Numbered from the whole stretch's first letter, positions 1 through 9,490 are shown. The stretch: 52,716 nucleotides of DNA, filler included, from Candidatus Limnocylindrales bacterium (GCA_035559535.1; 2 parts of 2 records of this genome joined end to end with filler, not necessarily neighbours in it); one strand, 5' to 3'. Numbers and translations are program-made. The notes: generated by a model not told the origin, from the sequence alone.

Positions 1-72
1 GCTGAGTTCCAAGGCGCGAAGACGGCGGCCTTCGCGCCAATCCTTAGTTTGGTTTGACAGGGTCAGTTTCAT
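1..72 (-). CDS. IS630 transposase ORF-A N-terminus (partial)
   Basis: Manual translation MKLTLSNQTKDWREGRRLRALELS matches the typical 'DWREGRRLRAxEL' start of IS630 HTH ORFs. Not in the ORF track. Confidence 0.75.
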   Translation of the reverse strand, partial: MKLTLSNQTKDWREGRRLRALELS

Positions 73-140
73 AAAATTTATTTTACTTCCCTGTCTAACT
101 TATAGCTAGAGATTATTAGCAATTTATGCAAAGATCAGTA
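1..140 (-). mobile_element. IS630-family element, left end (TIR CTGATCTTTGCATAAAT at 122-138, TA target at 139-140), truncated by window edge
   Basis: The 17-bp TIR is identical to the one at 52545-52561 and is flanked by TA. The minus strand opens a transposase N-terminus at 72. Confidence 0.8.
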
Positions 141-261
141 ATACGGATACGCCTGCTTTTTTCTATTGAATTCTAAAATAAGTTGGAGTTACAATATTTT
201 CTTGAAAGATTTTTATATCACTTTCCTCTTAAATTCCACCCTCTGGAGACCTTCTCAGGGT

Positions 262-1236
262 ATGAGGCAGCTTCAAAAAGTCCCGTTGGATAAGATCGAT
301 CTGAAGGATCACTTTTTTTTGATAACCTATCCATTAAATCCAGAACCCTTAATTCCCTCTGTGGATAAAGTAGGACTTCTTCAACCTGTTTTTCTCCGGG
401 AACTTCCTTCAGGCCACTACCAAATCGTTCACGGATTTAGGCGAGTTCTAGCCTGTCGAGATCTTCATTTTGAAGCCCTAGAGGCGTGGGTTTATCGTTT
501 GGAGAATCTAGGGGATTTAGAAGGATTCAGGATAAGCCTTCTGGATAACCTGACGCTGCGTCGTTTAAATTTAATAGAGAAAGCAACCGTCTTGTATAAG
601 CTTTTACATCAGTTTGGATTGGAAAAGCAGAAGGTGGTTCAGGAGTATATGCCTTTATTGGATTTAGAGCCGAGTTTGGAGGTTTTAGGGGGATACCTTC
701 AGCTTTACCAATTAAAAAACGAGGTCCAGAGTTATCTGGTTGCAGAGGAAATCCCATTGAAATTGGCTCTGGACTTGCTCCACTTTTCTCCAGAGGATCA
801 AAGGCAGCTTATTTATCTGGCCTCCTCTCTCAAGCTAACCGTCAATACTTTTAAAGAATTTATGACTTTCATAGAGGAAATTATCGGACGAGAAGAAATC
901 CCCCTCGAAAATCTACTTGACGATTTAAATATTCCAGCTATACTAGCAAACTCAGTACTTCCGGTTCCTCAGAAAACCGAGAAAGTTCGGAAAATTTTAA
1001 AACAGAGGAGATATCCTCTCCTGACCTCTCTGGAAGATCAGTTACAGGAAAAACTTAAGCAACTCAGGTTACCCAGGGAAGTGTCCATAGCTTTGCCTCC
1101 TTTTTTAGAAGGGGATCGACTGAAAGTGACCTTTCAATTTCGGAATATAAAAGAGCTGGAGAAAATTTTGACGAAACTCCAGGAACTGATGGATAGAGAG
1201 GAACTGGAGGATATTCTAAGATTACTGAGGGGCTGA
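262..1236 (+). CDS. ParB N-terminal (ParB/Srx) domain protein
   Basis: VGLLQPV...YQIVHGFRRV (GxRR motif), then NLTLRRLNLIEKA. ATG at 262 preferred over TTG at 166. Confidence 0.75.
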   Translation: MRQLQKVPLDKIDLKDHFFLITYPLNPEPLIPSVDKVGLLQPVFLRELPSGHYQIVHGFRRVLACRDLHFEALEAWVYRLENLGDLEGFRISLLDNLTLRRLNLIEKATVLYKLLHQFGLEKQKVVQEYMPLLDLEPSLEVLGGYLQLYQLKNEVQSYLVAEEIPLKLALDLLHFSPEDQRQLIYLASSLKLTVNTFKEFMTFIEEIIGREEIPLENLLDDLNIPAILANSVLPVPQKTEKVRKILKQRRYPLLTSLEDQLQEKLKQLRLPREVSIALPPFLEGDRLKVTFQFRNIKELEKILTKLQELMDREELEDILRLLRG

Positions 1237-1248
1237 AAGAGGACTACT

Positions 1249-1276
1249 GTAGGGGTGACCGGCCGGTCACCCGTTC
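1249..1276 (+). repeat. 28-bp GTAG-type REP-like palindrome
   Basis: GTAGGGGTGACCGGCCGGTCACCCGTTC; same length and architecture as four other copies. Confidence 0.7.
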
Positions 1277-1294
1277 TAAGAGAATAGTGGAAGG

Positions 1295-2359
1295 ATGGAA
1301 CCCTTTAGACCCGAAAGAATTTACATCGATAGAGAAGCCCGAGAAAAGGCTCTGACCCGACAGGTCCTGACCCGATTACCGGGGGTCCCGGTGGAGTACA
1401 TCGAAAACAAGGAAAAGATCGTCTCCAGGTCAGCTTCTGTTGAGGATGCTATTACGGAAGGGAAAAAAAAGTTATTGATCACAACCCAAAAAGGGACCTT
1501 CTTTAAAAGCTGTCCTGGTTGTGTTGAGAGGATGGTTCATTGTAACTATTACATCCTCAATTTAGGCTCCAATTGCCCTATGGAATGTACCTACTGCTTT
1601 CTCCAGGGCTATATCAACAATCCCTTCCTGGTACTGTATGCCAATCTCGAAGATATGATGGCGGAAGTTTCCGCACTTTTTTCGCAATCTCCTAAACGAT
1701 CTTATCGAATCGGGACCGGTGAGTTAATGGATAGTTTAGCCCTGGATGGACTGACTGCAACCAGTCGGGTCTTGATTCCCTTTTTTACGCAATGGGAAAA
1801 TACGTTGCTGGAGCTTAAGACCAAGACCAACCAGGTCGATAATCTTCTCGATCTAGATCATCGAGGTCAGGTGGTGGTTTCCTGGTCCTTAAATCCCCAA
1901 GCGATTATAGAAACTCAGGAATTTAAAACCTCTTCCCTGGAGGAAAGATTGCTGGCGGCCCAGAAATGTCAAGAAGCCGGATATAAAATAGGACTCCATT
2001 TTGATCCGCTTATTTATTATCCAGAATGGGAAAAGGATTATCAAGAATTATTGGATCAGGTATTTTCTCGAATCAACTCCCGGAACATTGCCTGGATTAG
2101 TTTGGGGAGCCTCCGGTTTACTTCGGAATTAAAAGCGGTTATAAGGAAACGGTTTCCGCAAAGTAAGATTCTCTTTGAGGAATTTGCTCCGGGAGTGGAT
2201 GGTAAGATGCGTTATCTTAAACCCATTCGGGTCTCCATGTATCTAAGAATGCTGGAGTGGATCCGAAGGCATGATGCGAAGCTAACCCCTTATCTTTGTA
2301 TGGAAAGTCAAGAAGTGTGGCATAGGGTTTTTTTGGATAGGGAGGGAAAAAAACGATGA
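1295..2359 (+). CDS. Spore photoproduct lyase-family radical SAM protein
   Basis: NCPMECTYCFLQ (CxxxCxxC), GELMDSL, ELKTK, SWSLNP and GLHFDP motifs of the SPL family. Confidence 0.85.
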   Translation: MEPFRPERIYIDREAREKALTRQVLTRLPGVPVEYIENKEKIVSRSASVEDAITEGKKKLLITTQKGTFFKSCPGCVERMVHCNYYILNLGSNCPMECTYCFLQGYINNPFLVLYANLEDMMAEVSALFSQSPKRSYRIGTGELMDSLALDGLTATSRVLIPFFTQWENTLLELKTKTNQVDNLLDLDHRGQVVVSWSLNPQAIIETQEFKTSSLEERLLAAQKCQEAGYKIGLHFDPLIYYPEWEKDYQELLDQVFSRINSRNIAWISLGSLRFTSELKAVIRKRFPQSKILFEEFAPGVDGKMRYLKPIRVSMYLRMLEWIRRHDAKLTPYLCMESQEVWHRVFLDREGKKR

Positions 2360-4431
2360 AACTTTCATTGAAGTGGAAGCTTATTCTAAGTATTGGACTT
2401 CTTATCTTTGTAGCTTTATCCCTGGGTCTGTGGCTCACAGTTCGAAGTATCAAAGAAACCGAATTGGAATCCATTCGACTTAGATCGGATGCCTTAGCCA
2501 ATCCCATCAAAATCCGAATTAAGGAGGTTTTCTCCAATAATTTAGGGGGTATTGAAATGGCTGCTCCGGGCCTTACCCTGGAGTGTCAGCGGATCGTGTC
2601 ATCGAATACTCTTGCCAGTCATTGTTTTGTATTTGATACCGCCGGTAGAATCCTGGCCCACGAGGATCCACACCTCATCGGAACAGCCGAAAAAAATCCC
2701 CAAGTCCTGGAAGCTCTTAAATCAAATAAGGTGATAACCCGACTCATTGAAGACAGTTATGATACCTTTATTCCTATTTTGGATTTGGACCAGCAACAGG
2801 TAGGAACCCTTCGTATAGACTTTCCCCGATCGATTGTGGACGAAAAGATTCGTAAAATTAGCCGGGATTTCGTTATCTTGTTTATCATTCTCTTTGGAGG
2901 GGTTTTGTTTGCCGGTTCTTTTCTGCTTCAGAGAACCATTAACAAGCCTATTCAGCAGATTGTCTCGGTCGCCAGGAAGATGGCCGAAGGGGATATTTCT
3001 GGAAGAGTTCCTGTTAAGGGTGAAGATGAAATTTCTCAGTTAGGGGCCGTCTTTAATCTTCTAATCAATTATCTACAGCATATTATTCAGCAGGTACGAC
3101 AAACCGTAGAGGAACTGAATCAAGCCTCTGAAAGGATGATTGCTTCCAGCACCCGAATCTATCAAGGTTCTGAATCTCAAAAACTCTTTGTGAGTGAAAC
3201 TGCTTCGGCTATGGCGCAAATGGATGGCTCTATTAAAGACACCACCCAACACATCAAGGATCTTATGACTGCAGCGGAGGATAGTTCTGCTTCCATTATG
3301 GAACTCAAAGCTTCCATTGAGGAGATTGCGGCCAATACCGAGAATCTCTCCACCTCTGTAGAACTAACCGTTACCTCCCTGGAAGAGATGAATGTATCCA
3401 TCAAGCAAATCGCTTCCAGTGTGCATCAGTTATCTACGGCAACGGAATCTACGGCGTCCTTTACGGCCCAGATCGATGCCCTGATCAAAGAGGTTGAGAT
3501 GAATGCCAGTGAAACGGCTAAACTCTCGGAGCGGGTTACCCTCAATGCCGAAGCGGGCACCCGATCAGTCCAACAGACCATCAGTGGGATATATAAAATT
3601 CAAGAAGTGACGAATAAAGCCGTAGAGGTGATGGGTAAGTTAAGCGAGAAGGTGGGGAAAATCGGAGAGATTCTCAACGTGATTGATGATGTGGCCGACA
3701 AGACCAATCTCCTGGCGCTTAATGCGGCTATTATTGCAGCACAGGCCGGTGAGCACGGGAAGGGTTTCGCAGTGGTGGCTGATGAAATCAAAGACCTGGC
3801 CGAAAAGACTACGGCTTCTACCAAGGAAATTTCAGATTTGATCCGGGGTGTCCAGTCAGAAACCAGCAATGCCGTTTCGGTGATTTATACCGGGTTAGAG
3901 CAGGTCAAGGAAGGCGTCAGGCTGGCCAATGAAGCCGGAGTCGCCTTGACAGAGATCCTCAATAGTGCCAAACAAGCCACCGATATGACCAGGCATATTG
4001 CACGGGCTACTACAGAGCAAACAAAGGGAAGCAAGCAAATCAAAGATGCCATCGATAACATGGTGGAGATGGTGGAACAAATTACCCGAGCAACGGCAGA
4101 ACAGTCTAAGGGAAGTGGGCAAATTGTCCAGGCCACGGAAACCATGAAGGATATGACCCATCAGGTCAAACGGGCAACCCAGGAACAGGCCCAGGGAAGT
4201 GACCGTGTAGTTCGCGCTACGGAGGATATACAGGGCCAAATCAGCCGTCTGCTTGCTTTAACCCAGAGTCAGGAGAGGGAAAGCGAACGGGTCGTTACCG
4301 CAATGGAAAATATCAAGAAAATCAGCTATTCTAATATAGAAAACATCAGCCAGATGAATGATATCGCCAAAACCTTAACCGAACAAATCAACATTTTGAA
4401 TCAACAGATTGCTAAATTTAAGGTATCATGA
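2356..4431 (+). CDS. Methyl-accepting chemotaxis protein (periplasmic sensor, HAMP, extended signalling domain)
   Basis: Two TM helices, HAMP, and the hairpin-tip motif TNLLALNAAIIAAQAGEHGKGFAVVADEIKDLA. Confidence 0.95.
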   Translation: MKLSLKWKLILSIGLLIFVALSLGLWLTVRSIKETELESIRLRSDALANPIKIRIKEVFSNNLGGIEMAAPGLTLECQRIVSSNTLASHCFVFDTAGRILAHEDPHLIGTAEKNPQVLEALKSNKVITRLIEDSYDTFIPILDLDQQQVGTLRIDFPRSIVDEKIRKISRDFVILFIILFGGVLFAGSFLLQRTINKPIQQIVSVARKMAEGDISGRVPVKGEDEISQLGAVFNLLINYLQHIIQQVRQTVEELNQASERMIASSTRIYQGSESQKLFVSETASAMAQMDGSIKDTTQHIKDLMTAAEDSSASIMELKASIEEIAANTENLSTSVELTVTSLEEMNVSIKQIASSVHQLSTATESTASFTAQIDALIKEVEMNASETAKLSERVTLNAEAGTRSVQQTISGIYKIQEVTNKAVEVMGKLSEKVGKIGEILNVIDDVADKTNLLALNAAIIAAQAGEHGKGFAVVADEIKDLAEKTTASTKEISDLIRGVQSETSNAVSVIYTGLEQVKEGVRLANEAGVALTEILNSAKQATDMTRHIARATTEQTKGSKQIKDAIDNMVEMVEQITRATAEQSKGSGQIVQATETMKDMTHQVKRATQEQAQGSDRVVRATEDIQGQISRLLALTQSQERESERVVTAMENIKKISYSNIENISQMNDIAKTLTEQINILNQQIAKFKVS

Positions 4432-4742
4432 CAAGTCAAAGAAATCAACCCCCGTTAAAAATAACCCTCGTTTACCGAACGGCCTGGTTATTGGGGCTTC
4501 TCCTTCTTATTCTGCTAAGCCTACATCCCTATGCTCATATCTTAGAAGCCCTGGGCCTGGATGATAATTCATCTTGCCACTGGATTCAAACGTCTTTATC
4601 TATCCTTGCCGTCATTCCCAGGCTAGATCCAGGCCTTTTCGCTATTCCGGTTGTTATTATCCTTCTGTCTTTAATCAGTTCTATACTCCTTCACGCCCCT
4701 CTTTCAAGAGCCCCTCCCCTGATCTTCCTGATGGTTATTTGA
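4428..4742 (+). CDS. Putative metal-responsive leader/arrest peptide (DUF2946/CruR-like), copy 1
   Basis: Hydrophobic N-terminus, LHPYAHxLEALGLD..CHWIQ, C-terminal SRAPP. Paralogous to 9070-9381 and upstream of a metal permease. Start overlaps the MCP stop (ATGA). Confidence 0.7.
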   Translation: MTSQRNQPPLKITLVYRTAWLLGLLLLILLSLHPYAHILEALGLDDNSSCHWIQTSLSILAVIPRLDPGLFAIPVVIILLSLISSILLHAPLSRAPPLIFLMVI

Positions 4743-4942
4743 TCCAAATCCATCAACTATCCAACCTTTGATGTCGGTGCTTTGGTTGAAGGTCTATTTT
4801 TTCTAAAAATGGGCTCTTGTACAATCTGGAAGATTATCCCTATTCAACCTTCGACCCTGGTTTTTTAAATATTTAGCTGTTGGCTTCTGATCAATCCAGA
4901 GACTCCCACACTGTTTACTTAGTTTTGCTTAACTTTTAAGTG

Positions 4943-5253
4943 GCCTCACTCCTGGTCCCTCTCCCACACTACGGGAGAGGAAAGTTGGGGAGTGAAGGCA
5001 GCCCTAGTAGGTCAAACATCCTCGTTTGATAAAAGAGCAAAATTAAGTAAACGGTGTACTCCAAGCTATCAGTGTGGAGAGTCCTTTGCCAGATCCTGTC
5101 CTGAGTTGAGGATAAGCTTCGCGATGAGCCATCTTCCTCACTCCGGGAGATAGTTTCAGTTGGACTGTCGCTGACCAGTGATAGTCCCAACCTATCCTGC
5201 TCAACTTAACCTGCTCCTGTCCCACAGCGTGGGAAAGGGGCCGGAAGTGAGGG
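4943..5253. repeat. Region bounded by inverted CCCTCACCCC..CCCTCTCCC-type palindromic repeats
   Basis: cctcactcctggtccctctcccacac (4944-) is the approximate reverse complement of gcgtgggaaaggggccggaagtgagg (~5227-5252). Relatives occur at 20110-20199 and 51573-51617. Confidence 0.55.
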
Positions 5254-5273
5254 GATTATGAGAGGATTCAGCC

Positions 5274-6137
5274 ATGACTCAGTTTTTAACCTTTATGTTG
5301 GCCCCCTTTCTGGCCTGTTTAATTCTCGTAGGGATCCATGTATATTTGGGCATTCACATCCTGGCGCGGGGGGTCATCTTTGTAGATTTAGCCCTTGCCC
5401 AGATTGCTGCACTGGGGGCAGCAACAGCCATATTATTCGGCTATGAGTTAGAAAGCTTCCCTGCCTACCTGTTTTCCCTGTTGTTTACCTTCATCGGTGC
5501 CCTGGTTTTTTCCCTGACTCGCATGCGCCATCCCAAAATACCCCATGAAGCCATCATCGGAATTACTTATGTGGTTGCAGCGGCTACCATCATTCTTATT
5601 ATGGCTAAAGCTCCCCATGGGGCCGAACATGTTCAAAGTCTTTTGGTTGGATCGATTCTATGGGTCAGTTGGTTTGTCGTGGCTAAAACGGCTGTAATCT
5701 ACTTGATGGTAGGAATTATCCATTGGATCCTCCGAAAAAAATTTCTGCTGATCTCCTTTAATCCCGAACAGGCTATAGAACAGGGAATCTCCATTCGGTG
5801 GTGGGACTTTCTTTTCTATGCCATCTTTGGCTTTGTGGTTACGAGTTCAGTTTCCATTGCAGGGGTTTTGTTGGTTTTTACTTTCTTGATCGTCCCAACC
5901 GTATTTGCTGTGTTATTTACCGATAATTTATCCTCCCGTTTAATCATCGGTTGGATTTTCGGTACCCTGGTCAGTATGATAGGGAGCGTGCTTTCCTACA
6001 CCCTGGACCTTCCCACGGGAGCGGCCATTGTTTGCACATTTGGAGTAGCCTTATTGGGAGGTGCAGGGGTTAAGAACTTTTTAAATAAGAAATACCTGGC
6101 AGAGAAACGTCTGGGGCTTGTGGAAAGGGGCTCCTGA
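5274..6137 (+). CDS. Metal ABC transporter permease (ABC-3, ZnuB/MntB family)
   Basis: HVYLGIHILARGVIFVDLALAQIAALG, EAIIG, GVLLVFTFLIVP, DLPTGAAIV; multiple TM helices. Confidence 0.9.
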   Translation: MTQFLTFMLAPFLACLILVGIHVYLGIHILARGVIFVDLALAQIAALGAATAILFGYELESFPAYLFSLLFTFIGALVFSLTRMRHPKIPHEAIIGITYVVAAATIILIMAKAPHGAEHVQSLLVGSILWVSWFVVAKTAVIYLMVGIIHWILRKKFLLISFNPEQAIEQGISIRWWDFLFYAIFGFVVTSSVSIAGVLLVFTFLIVPTVFAVLFTDNLSSRLIIGWIFGTLVSMIGSVLSYTLDLPTGAAIVCTFGVALLGGAGVKNFLNKKYLAEKRLGLVERGS

Positions 6138-6254
6138 TGGAAGTGTTCATAAAATACCCCACCTGAACCCTTTCAGAAGTAAGTTTTTTCACCCCATCCC
6201 CTTCCCGAAACTCGGGAATGGCCAGGGCTCCACTCTCCCCTCAACCTGGGCTTC

Positions 6255-6496
6255 CCTAGGCACCAGGTTGAGGCGCCCCCACCCGGTCCCTCCCCATTTC
6301 ACAAGGAAGCCTCCCTTTCCTTTATATCCCCCCCCCTTCCTCTGCATGCGGGGGGAAGGGGGCAGGGGAATTGAGGGGAGGGAATGTCGCTTCAAAGTTC
6401 CTTTCCCTGCATGCGGAGGAAGTTAGTAGGTTAAACGTCTCGTGTGACATTAAGGGGACACCCCTCAGGGATCCCACTCTTATCCTGGCGCGTAGG
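6255..6496 (+). mobile_element. MITE-like element, copy 1 (~240 bp)
   Basis: Imperfect TIRs (CCTAGGCACCAGGTTGAG / CTTATCCTGGCGCGTAGG); body homologous to 11344-11570 and to the reverse complement of 17153-17377. Confidence 0.75.
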
Positions 6497-6624
6497 CCCC
6501 CGGCCCCTATCCCACGCTGCAAAAAAGGACCGAAGGGTCAGGTTCAAAAAATCTACTCCAGAAAGGAAGAAGTGAGGCGGTCCTTATCCTCTATCCCTCC
6601 TTTCAATGCCGACCTACTATGACC

Positions 6625-7578
6625 TTATGGCTGGACATTGAAGGATTGCAATTGTTTAAACTCTGTCTCCAGCTTCGAAATAATCCGTTCAAAAAGTTTG
6701 GGATAGGTATCTATACCTTCTTCCCCTCCCACCGCCGCAGGTAAAATAACCAGCTTCGCTCCGGATTTATCGGCTACCAGTTGGGCAATTTTAGGATCTG
6801 TATAGTTACCGTTTAAGATGATCTTGATCTTCTTTTCTTTTATCAACTCAGTTATAAAGGCCAAATGTTTGGCGGTGGGTGGAATACCGGGCTTTTCTTC
6901 AATATATCCTGCGGCGGAAAATCCCAACCAATTCATGAGATATTCAAACAACTTATGGTAGGAAACAACTTGAGTGCCTTTGAACGGAGCCATCCGTTTT
7001 TCCCAATCTGCGATCTGAGTCGTAAGTTTATCCTGAAAATTTTTGAAATTGGACTCAAAGTAGGCACTGTCTTTAGGAGAGAGTAATTTGAGCCGATCCA
7101 GGATCTCCTGACCGACTATAATTCCGTTACGTGGATCCAGCAGATAGTGGGGATTTCCTTCCGGGTGAACGTCTCCCATACTTCGATCCACTTCACCGGT
7201 GGGAACTTCTAAAACCCGGATGGCCCGAGAGGCATCCAGATTTCCTTTACCTCCCAGGTTGATGGCCGGGTTTCGAGCTCCTTGAATAAGCAGGGGGAGC
7301 CAGCCTATTTCGAGCTGAAGGCCAGTATAGATAAGCAGATCGGCTTGATTAAGCTGGACCATATAGCTGGGTTTGGCTTCGAGAAAATGGGGATCTTGGT
7401 ATCCTTTGGCAATGCTTTGAACTTTAACCTTATGGCCGCCGATCTCCTGGGTAATGGCCGCTAAATCCGGAACCGTGGTCACAACTTTGAGTTCTGCTTG
7501 AGCTGGATTTATAAAAAAGGTTATTGTAAAAAAAGCCAGAAGACCGATCCAGATTTGTACTAACTTAGTAGATTTCAT
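6625..7578 (-). CDS. Metal ABC transporter substrate-binding protein (ZnuA/TroA cluster A-I)
   Basis: Signal peptide, QDPHF, GDVHPEGNPHYLLDP, YHKLF, EEKPGIPP. Confidence 0.9.
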   Translation of the reverse strand: MKSTKLVQIWIGLLAFFTITFFINPAQAELKVVTTVPDLAAITQEIGGHKVKVQSIAKGYQDPHFLEAKPSYMVQLNQADLLIYTGLQLEIGWLPLLIQGARNPAINLGGKGNLDASRAIRVLEVPTGEVDRSMGDVHPEGNPHYLLDPRNGIIVGQEILDRLKLLSPKDSAYFESNFKNFQDKLTTQIADWEKRMAPFKGTQVVSYHKLFEYLMNWLGFSAAGYIEEKPGIPPTAKHLAFITELIKEKKIKIILNGNYTDPKIAQLVADKSGAKLVILPAAVGGEEGIDTYPKLFERIISKLETEFKQLQSFNVQP

Positions 7579-7674
7579 GAGCAAGGAACAGGGTGAGTCC
7601 GGAGTGAAGAGACAGGAAGAAGAGGGTTCGGCTTCAAAGCTCTTAACTCCTGACCCCCTTACTTTTATTGGTTG

Positions 7675-8901
7675 TTAATACTGATGAGCCGGATGGGAAC
7701 CAATGGTGAAGTTCACCTGGGCGAGAACTTGATGAATTCCCTCCTCATCTTCGGGTTTTAAATAGTTATACTGAACCCGGAAGGCTGAAAACTCGGTAGG
7801 GACAAAGGCTAATAAGCTACTGACTCGATAAGTTTTGCCTTCCCCCTCAGCTTCAGGTATTCCCAGAAGATCATACCTTCCTTGAATCCACCATCGTCGG
7901 GCAAACTGGTATTGGACTAAGGTATAAAGACCTCCAACCTTATCAAAGGTCTGGTCTGCAGGGTCCTTCTTTGCAAAGAGATACTCGGTTTGCCAGATGA
8001 AGGCGCGATAGAGGGCGCGTTGGGGGGGTCTCCACTTGAGGGTCAGATCCACGCCCGCTGCCTGGGAGATTTCCTCAAATTCGTTCTTTCCAACTGCATA
8101 GGATTCTCCCAGTTCCAGCGTTGTGGCATCAGATAAATCCCACAAGTTTTTAAAGTGAGCTAAATACGCCAGGTCACTTCCTTTAGGACTATTAAAGAGA
8201 ACCTCGTTATCTCCGTTCAAAAGATCCAGTCTGACTTCTGAAAACCAGGGTAATTTGAGGAGATAACTTACATCGACACCTATCTCCGTGAGCCCTTCCT
8301 CTCCAAAAATCCTCTCATTAATCAGAGGCGGATCGATAAAAGGAAATTGATGGGTATGAAGCAAGTTATGTTTTCCGAAAGGATCATGGAGTTTACCTAT
8401 CCGGAGAATAACCGAAGGAATATTCAAGGTGCTTATATAGCCTTCCTCGACTTCAACTCCTTTACCTTCCGGAAGGGCTAAAATGACATCGGCCCGAAGA
8501 TAGGGATCTACAAAGGCCGAAAATTGAGCCTCTACTTCCTGAATGTGGACTCCGGTTGTGATTTCCTTACCGGGTCTTACTTCCGCCTCTGCACCCGGTT
8601 CCCAAGATGTATAGCTTCCCAAAAAAAGACCGTTTATACTGATGGCCGGATTAAAAGCCCGGGAAAGGCCGGTAGCCGTAGAACCACCGGTCCCTAAGGG
8701 GGGTGAACCGGTCTGGGTTCCAGGTTGTGGAGAAGCTGGCCCAGGTTGTTGGGGAGTTGGACCCGGTGCCGATGGGGCTTGCTCAAGAGCCTTTTGAAAT
8801 TCTTCCTCCAAAGATTTTGTTTTTTCTTCTGGTTGTTGCGCAAAGGAGGTGTTCAAAAAACAAATAAGACTAAAAATCGAAAGAACTCCTGCCCATTTCA
8901 T
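7675..8901 (-). CDS. Outer-membrane beta-barrel protein of metal-uptake loci (often annotated as zinc-regulated OM receptor)
   Basis: Signal peptide, Pro-rich linker, FNPAIS, VDPY, GKHNLLHTH, amphipathic strands, C-terminal IGSHPAHQY. Confidence 0.7.
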   Translation of the reverse strand: MKWAGVLSIFSLICFLNTSFAQQPEEKTKSLEEEFQKALEQAPSAPGPTPQQPGPASPQPGTQTGSPPLGTGGSTATGLSRAFNPAISINGLFLGSYTSWEPGAEAEVRPGKEITTGVHIQEVEAQFSAFVDPYLRADVILALPEGKGVEVEEGYISTLNIPSVILRIGKLHDPFGKHNLLHTHQFPFIDPPLINERIFGEEGLTEIGVDVSYLLKLPWFSEVRLDLLNGDNEVLFNSPKGSDLAYLAHFKNLWDLSDATTLELGESYAVGKNEFEEISQAAGVDLTLKWRPPQRALYRAFIWQTEYLFAKKDPADQTFDKVGGLYTLVQYQFARRWWIQGRYDLLGIPEAEGEGKTYRVSSLLAFVPTEFSAFRVQYNYLKPEDEEGIHQVLAQVNFTIGSHPAHQY

Positions 8902-9069
8902 CCTGTTAGCCTCCCTTCTATTAAGCTTATAAAGTCCGTAGGCCTTAATATCCAGGAATGGTCTAATTTCTTGGCAAAAGCAGGCCTTTCTACGTCCTTT
9001 ATAAGGATGAAAAACCCCTTTTACGGTAAGATAAAGTAAACGTGTGGGTCTTTATTTTTTGAAACGAAG

Positions 9070-9381
9070 TCAGGAGGCAGAGGAGGGAGGGGCTCTTGAA
9101 AAGAGAAAAGTAGGATGAATCAGAATGATAAGAAAAATTCTTTGAAATAGAGCAGGGATAATCAGAATGGTAAAAAAGACGAGGATAATACCTTCCAGAA
9201 TAAAAACGGCCATTTGAACCCATTGGCAATTTAAGTAATTATTATCCAGGCCAAGGGTTTCTAAGGGGTGGATATAGGGGTGGAGTACCAGAATGGCGAA
9301 GAAAAGAAGGTTGATAAATAGCCGACTTCTTCGGCCCGGCTGTAAGAAGGTTTTTAAGATCTGGAAATTCATAAGGTTCAT
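9070..9381 (-). CDS. Putative metal-responsive leader/arrest peptide (DUF2946/CruR-like), copy 2
   Basis: LHPYIHPLETLGLDNN..CQWVQ...SRAPP; first ORF upstream of the OM protein and SBP; paralogue of 4428-4742. Confidence 0.72.
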   Translation of the reverse strand: MNLMNFQILKTFLQPGRRSRLFINLLFFAILVLHPYIHPLETLGLDNNYLNCQWVQMAVFILEGIILVFFTILIIPALFQRIFLIILIHPTFLFSRAPPSSAS

Positions 9382-9462
9382 AGGTCCAGACTCTGGAACT
9401 TAAATTTTGGATGCCTGCAAGGATAATTTTCTTACCTTTTCCTTGTCGGTTCTATAGGTTTA

Positions 9463-9490
9463 ATAATACTCTCAACCTGAAAGAGGTCAA
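9463..9490 (-). promoter_or_regulatory. Candidate sigma70 promoter for the leader-OM-SBP unit
   Basis: TTGACC-N16-TATTAT on the minus strand, about 80 bp upstream of the leader ATG. Confidence 0.4.

Noticed and set aside
13-38. GC hairpin ggcgcgaag..cttcgcgcc as a terminator or REP
   Set aside because: It lies within the IS630 transposase coding sequence (WREGRRLRA) and has no U-tract.
166-261. N-terminal extensions given by the ORF track (also at 10835, 11514, 15255, 37964, 38406, 40096, 42008)
   Set aside because: Downstream ATGs fit SD position, gene overlap or family N-termini better.
3177-4239. Antisense ORFs within the MCP, and similar shadow ORFs inside nrfA, hydrogenase, dnaK and dnaJ
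   Set aside because: They fully overlap well-supported genes and have no recognisable motifs.
6118-6622. Several overlapping ORFs (6118+, 6189-, 6322-, 6371+), and likewise 11272+, 17096+, 17122-
   Set aside because: They are translations of MITE/repeat DNA; their mutual similarity reflects the repeat.
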